Origin: Trichosphaerium sp. ATCC 40318
Taxonomy: Eukaryota; Protista; Tubulinea
Length of the DNA: 64,000 bases
Assembly: GCA_038496445.1 (NCBI GenBank)
Contig: JALMLS010000232.1
Location: 62,001 to 126,000 of the forward strand
Reading direction: 5' to 3'
Below, one piece after another: positions 61,093 through 64,000 of this stretch; positions within the stretch are counted from its first letter, which is position 1, and each line of letters begins with the position of its first letter. The notes under the pieces were generated by a model that was not told where the DNA came from, made no database searches, and worked only from the letters and a program-made list of their open reading frames with translations. The position numbers and the translations under genes are program-made.

Positions 61093-62454
61093 ATGGCAAG
61101 TACAGCTTTAAATGAAGAAGAGATTAAAGAGTTTTATGACTCAAACGAAGAGCTTGAAGAAAAAGTGTCTAAACTAGCAGAATATGTAAAATCATCGAGC
61201 TATTTTATGGCTTTTACAGGTGCAGGAATAAGCACATGTAAGTATTATAGTATTTATTGTATTTACAGTAACTTATGTTTTCTTCAAGCTGCTGGCGTGC
61301 CAGATTTTCGTGGACCAGATGGAGGTATGTGGTCGCAAAAAAAAAAGTCAGTTTTTGTCTAAGTTTTTGTTTAGTGTGGACACTGAGAGCAAAAGGCCAG
61401 AAGCGTACAAAACCAGCTGTTGCAACGTATGTGATCTACTTTTTTAAAACTACCTTCACTTTTGAGCAAACAGCTGACTTGGATTTTCTTAGTCAAAACG
61501 CAAAACCTACGTTGTGTCACATGGCACTAGTAACGCTAATGAAGCAAGTATGTTTTTGTCGTTAGTTGTATAATGTAATACTTATCTGTTCTAACAATAG
61601 GATAAGCTTAAATTCATTGTGAGCCAAAACACAGATGGCCTTCATATTCGCAGTGGAATTCCACCAGAAAAAGTACTACAACTTTTTTCTTGTTCATCTT
61701 ATTGAGTGACTGACTGTTCTTGATTTAGATATGTGAGCTCCATGGTAATTCAAACGTTTTGGGCTGTTCTAAATGCTGTAACGTGTATTACTCGGAAAGA
61801 GCATCAGATGGATCAAGACCAGTAACAACATGTCCGTCTTGTAAAGTACGCTAGAACGTCGCAAAAAAAAATCCCAATTAACTGACAACAAACTTGTAGA
61901 TAAAGTTATCTCGAACTACGGTAGCCTTTGGACAATCAATGCCAGATTTATGCTTTGAAAAAGCGGAACAGCAATCTAAGCAGTGCAACCTCGCTCTTTG
62001 CCTTGGTTCAAGCCTTCGGTACGCCTAACAAAACACGTTTGTAAACAAAAAAATACCTGACAACCTGCTACTAGTGTTAAACCTGCCAATGCCCTACCAA
62101 TGTATGGCTATTCTTGGCTATGGCCTTCGCATAAGCTAGTTATAGTTAACCTTCAAAAAACACCTTTTGATGCTCAGTGTGCCATCCGAATATTTGCACG
62201 TGTTGACACGTAAGAACTACATTCACGTTCTAACTTTGAGAATATTAATAATAAATATTTTAGGGTGATGGAGATGCTATGTAAAAAACTCGGTGTAGAC
62301 ATAGAAAAATGGAGTGATACTGGTTATACTAGAACGCCAGAATTTGCAAATTCATTTCCTGAAAAGTGGCCCTTCAGGTGACCTACATTCGCAAAGTTTG
62401 TGCGTACCTAACTGCTAATGTATTTGTAGGTCTAAAGGATCTCAATGGAAATAA
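61093..62454 (+). CDS. Class IV sirtuin (SIRT6/SIRT7-like)
   Basis: [48 protein letters not shown]; ELHGN; two CxxC; LGSSLRVKPA; IVNLQKTP. Confidence 0.93.
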
Positions 62455-63236
62455 CCTTGTACTTCTGTATGTTCAATTGTAGCTATAAACATGTGTCTAT
62501 GTTATTCGGCTCTTTTTATTCTGCTCTTGCGAAGCAATTCAATATTTCTAGCGATATTTATATCAAGGTCTTTATAAAAACGACAAGTCACTTGCCTTAG
62601 ATTCTTGTAAGGTTTGTATATCCTTGAAGTTGATTGATTCGGTGTGGACCTTTGTTTAGGTGTCAGTGATCACATGTAAACGTTGAGAAATAAGATGAAA
62701 TGTCACTAATCATAGAACGGAGCATCGCGTCACCAGTTAATAGCGATACCTGTTATGCGTATCATGGATCTAGAGCCCAGCGTACACTAAGAGCTATGAA
62801 TCAAATATTTTTAAAAAAGGAATAACAGTTTCACGTGTACAGTATGGATAACCACGTGCTACAAGCGAAACTTCTCAATAGAAATAGGGCGGCTCTTCTT
62901 GCCAAATTAAGATGAATCTTACTTACAAGATACACTACCCAAACACAATAGTGTAGAAGCTGTCGTATATTCACTAGGCTCTCTATGTACCTCTTCGCTC
63001 CTCGAAAAATCACTTAACAAGAGGTGCTACACCACATTGTTTGTTATCTTGGTAAAGGGCATATTTGTTTTAATCAACTAGAAATGTGGGAAAGCCAGAT
63101 TTCAATCACATGAAAACACATGTGTACCATTACGCCAACAGTCCAAAACCGTCATATAAGAAGTTAGCAATAACGCTTATACGCCATCAAAAAAACAAGC
63201 GATTTTAACTCACTTTGGTTCTATAAGCTTCAAAAC

Positions 63237-63928
63237 ATGCATACATTCGTCGCTCTTATTTTAGCGTTAGTGGGTACATACTGTTGTCAGCGACCCCCTA
63301 GCTTCATTGCTGCTATCCCCAATGTACTTTCAACAGAAAGTAGGGTAGTTACACAAACAATAGGAGATTTTACTAGTAGTACGTATCTCCATTTCAACAA
63401 CGCCACGTGCTAATAAGACAAGTGGCAGAATCTTTCGATGTGACATTCACAGATCTTACAATGGTATCTGGAAGACCTGTATCTAAGGCACTAAGTACGC
63501 AGTTTACAATTAGAAAAGTCTTTCATCAGTATTTTCTTGAAAGAAACCAAAACTGTTTTTGTAGTGGTTGCTCTTGATGGTTCTCTTTTGGTGTTTTTCC
63601 AAGGGGACGAATTTGTAGTAAAGACACAAGATGATGTTGAAATATGTAGAGGCAATAATGGGTTGGACAGAGCAAATGATCCATATAATGGCGGGAGCTT
63701 TGTCTCTGAAAACAAGTTCTTCATACTCGGGACCTTAATAGGCAACAGCCATTTTATTGAGTATACTCTTGACACCTCTTCGCCGGATTGCATTTCAGCG
63801 CCTGTAACATCATGTACTGCGCCAAACGGAGCTTCAGATTGTAAGTGCGGTATTATGTTTTTGGGTCAAGTCTACATCTACTTTTAGGCTCACTTAGTAA
63901 GAAAACTATGAGTTTGATACATTCTTGA
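63237..63928 (+). CDS. Putative secreted, Cys-containing protein of unknown family; 3' end uncertain
   Basis: Signal-peptide-like MHTFVALILALVGTYCC; three phase-1 GT-AG introns keep the frame. Confidence 0.5.
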
Positions 63929-64000
63929 GAATCGGAAATTACTAACGAACAGTCTTGTTAAATTCTAACATCTAATTAACTTTACCTAGTTGTGATTGAT

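Noticed and set aside
12167-62454. PARG + sirtuin as an NAD+/ADP-ribose gene cluster
   Set aside because: The genes are ~47 kb apart with many unrelated genes between them

Overview
AT-rich (roughly one third GC, estimated by eye), gene-dense, intron-rich eukaryotic nuclear DNA. Introns are short (mostly 30-150 nt), with GTACGT/GTGCGT/GTATGT donors and CTAAC-like branch points. The gene set (TSET TTRAY2, a TKL kinase with SH2, FHOD-like formin, swiprosin, CRYZL1) suggests a free-living protist, plausibly Amoebozoa; this is inference. About 27 spliced or single-exon protein genes were reconstructed by hand, plus one atypical tRNA(UUC) and a candidate box C/D snoRNA in a dyskerin intron. Gene spans run from start codon to stop codon including introns, and some ends are approximate. 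The most notable observations are: (1) an unassigned ~370-nt multi-helix RNA-like element ending in oligo-T at 57.15-57.53 kb; (2) four F-box genes, two of them fused to catalytically degenerate SNF2 or Ras domains; (3) an intronless F-box-MORN + small SET pair of giant-virus or bacterial style; (4) strong enrichment of CACGTG, often just upstream of intron branch points; (5) a bacterial-type PARG and a probably mitochondrion-targeted EttA; (6) a Kv-like channel with a TGQG filter. All homology calls are from motif recognition, not database searches.
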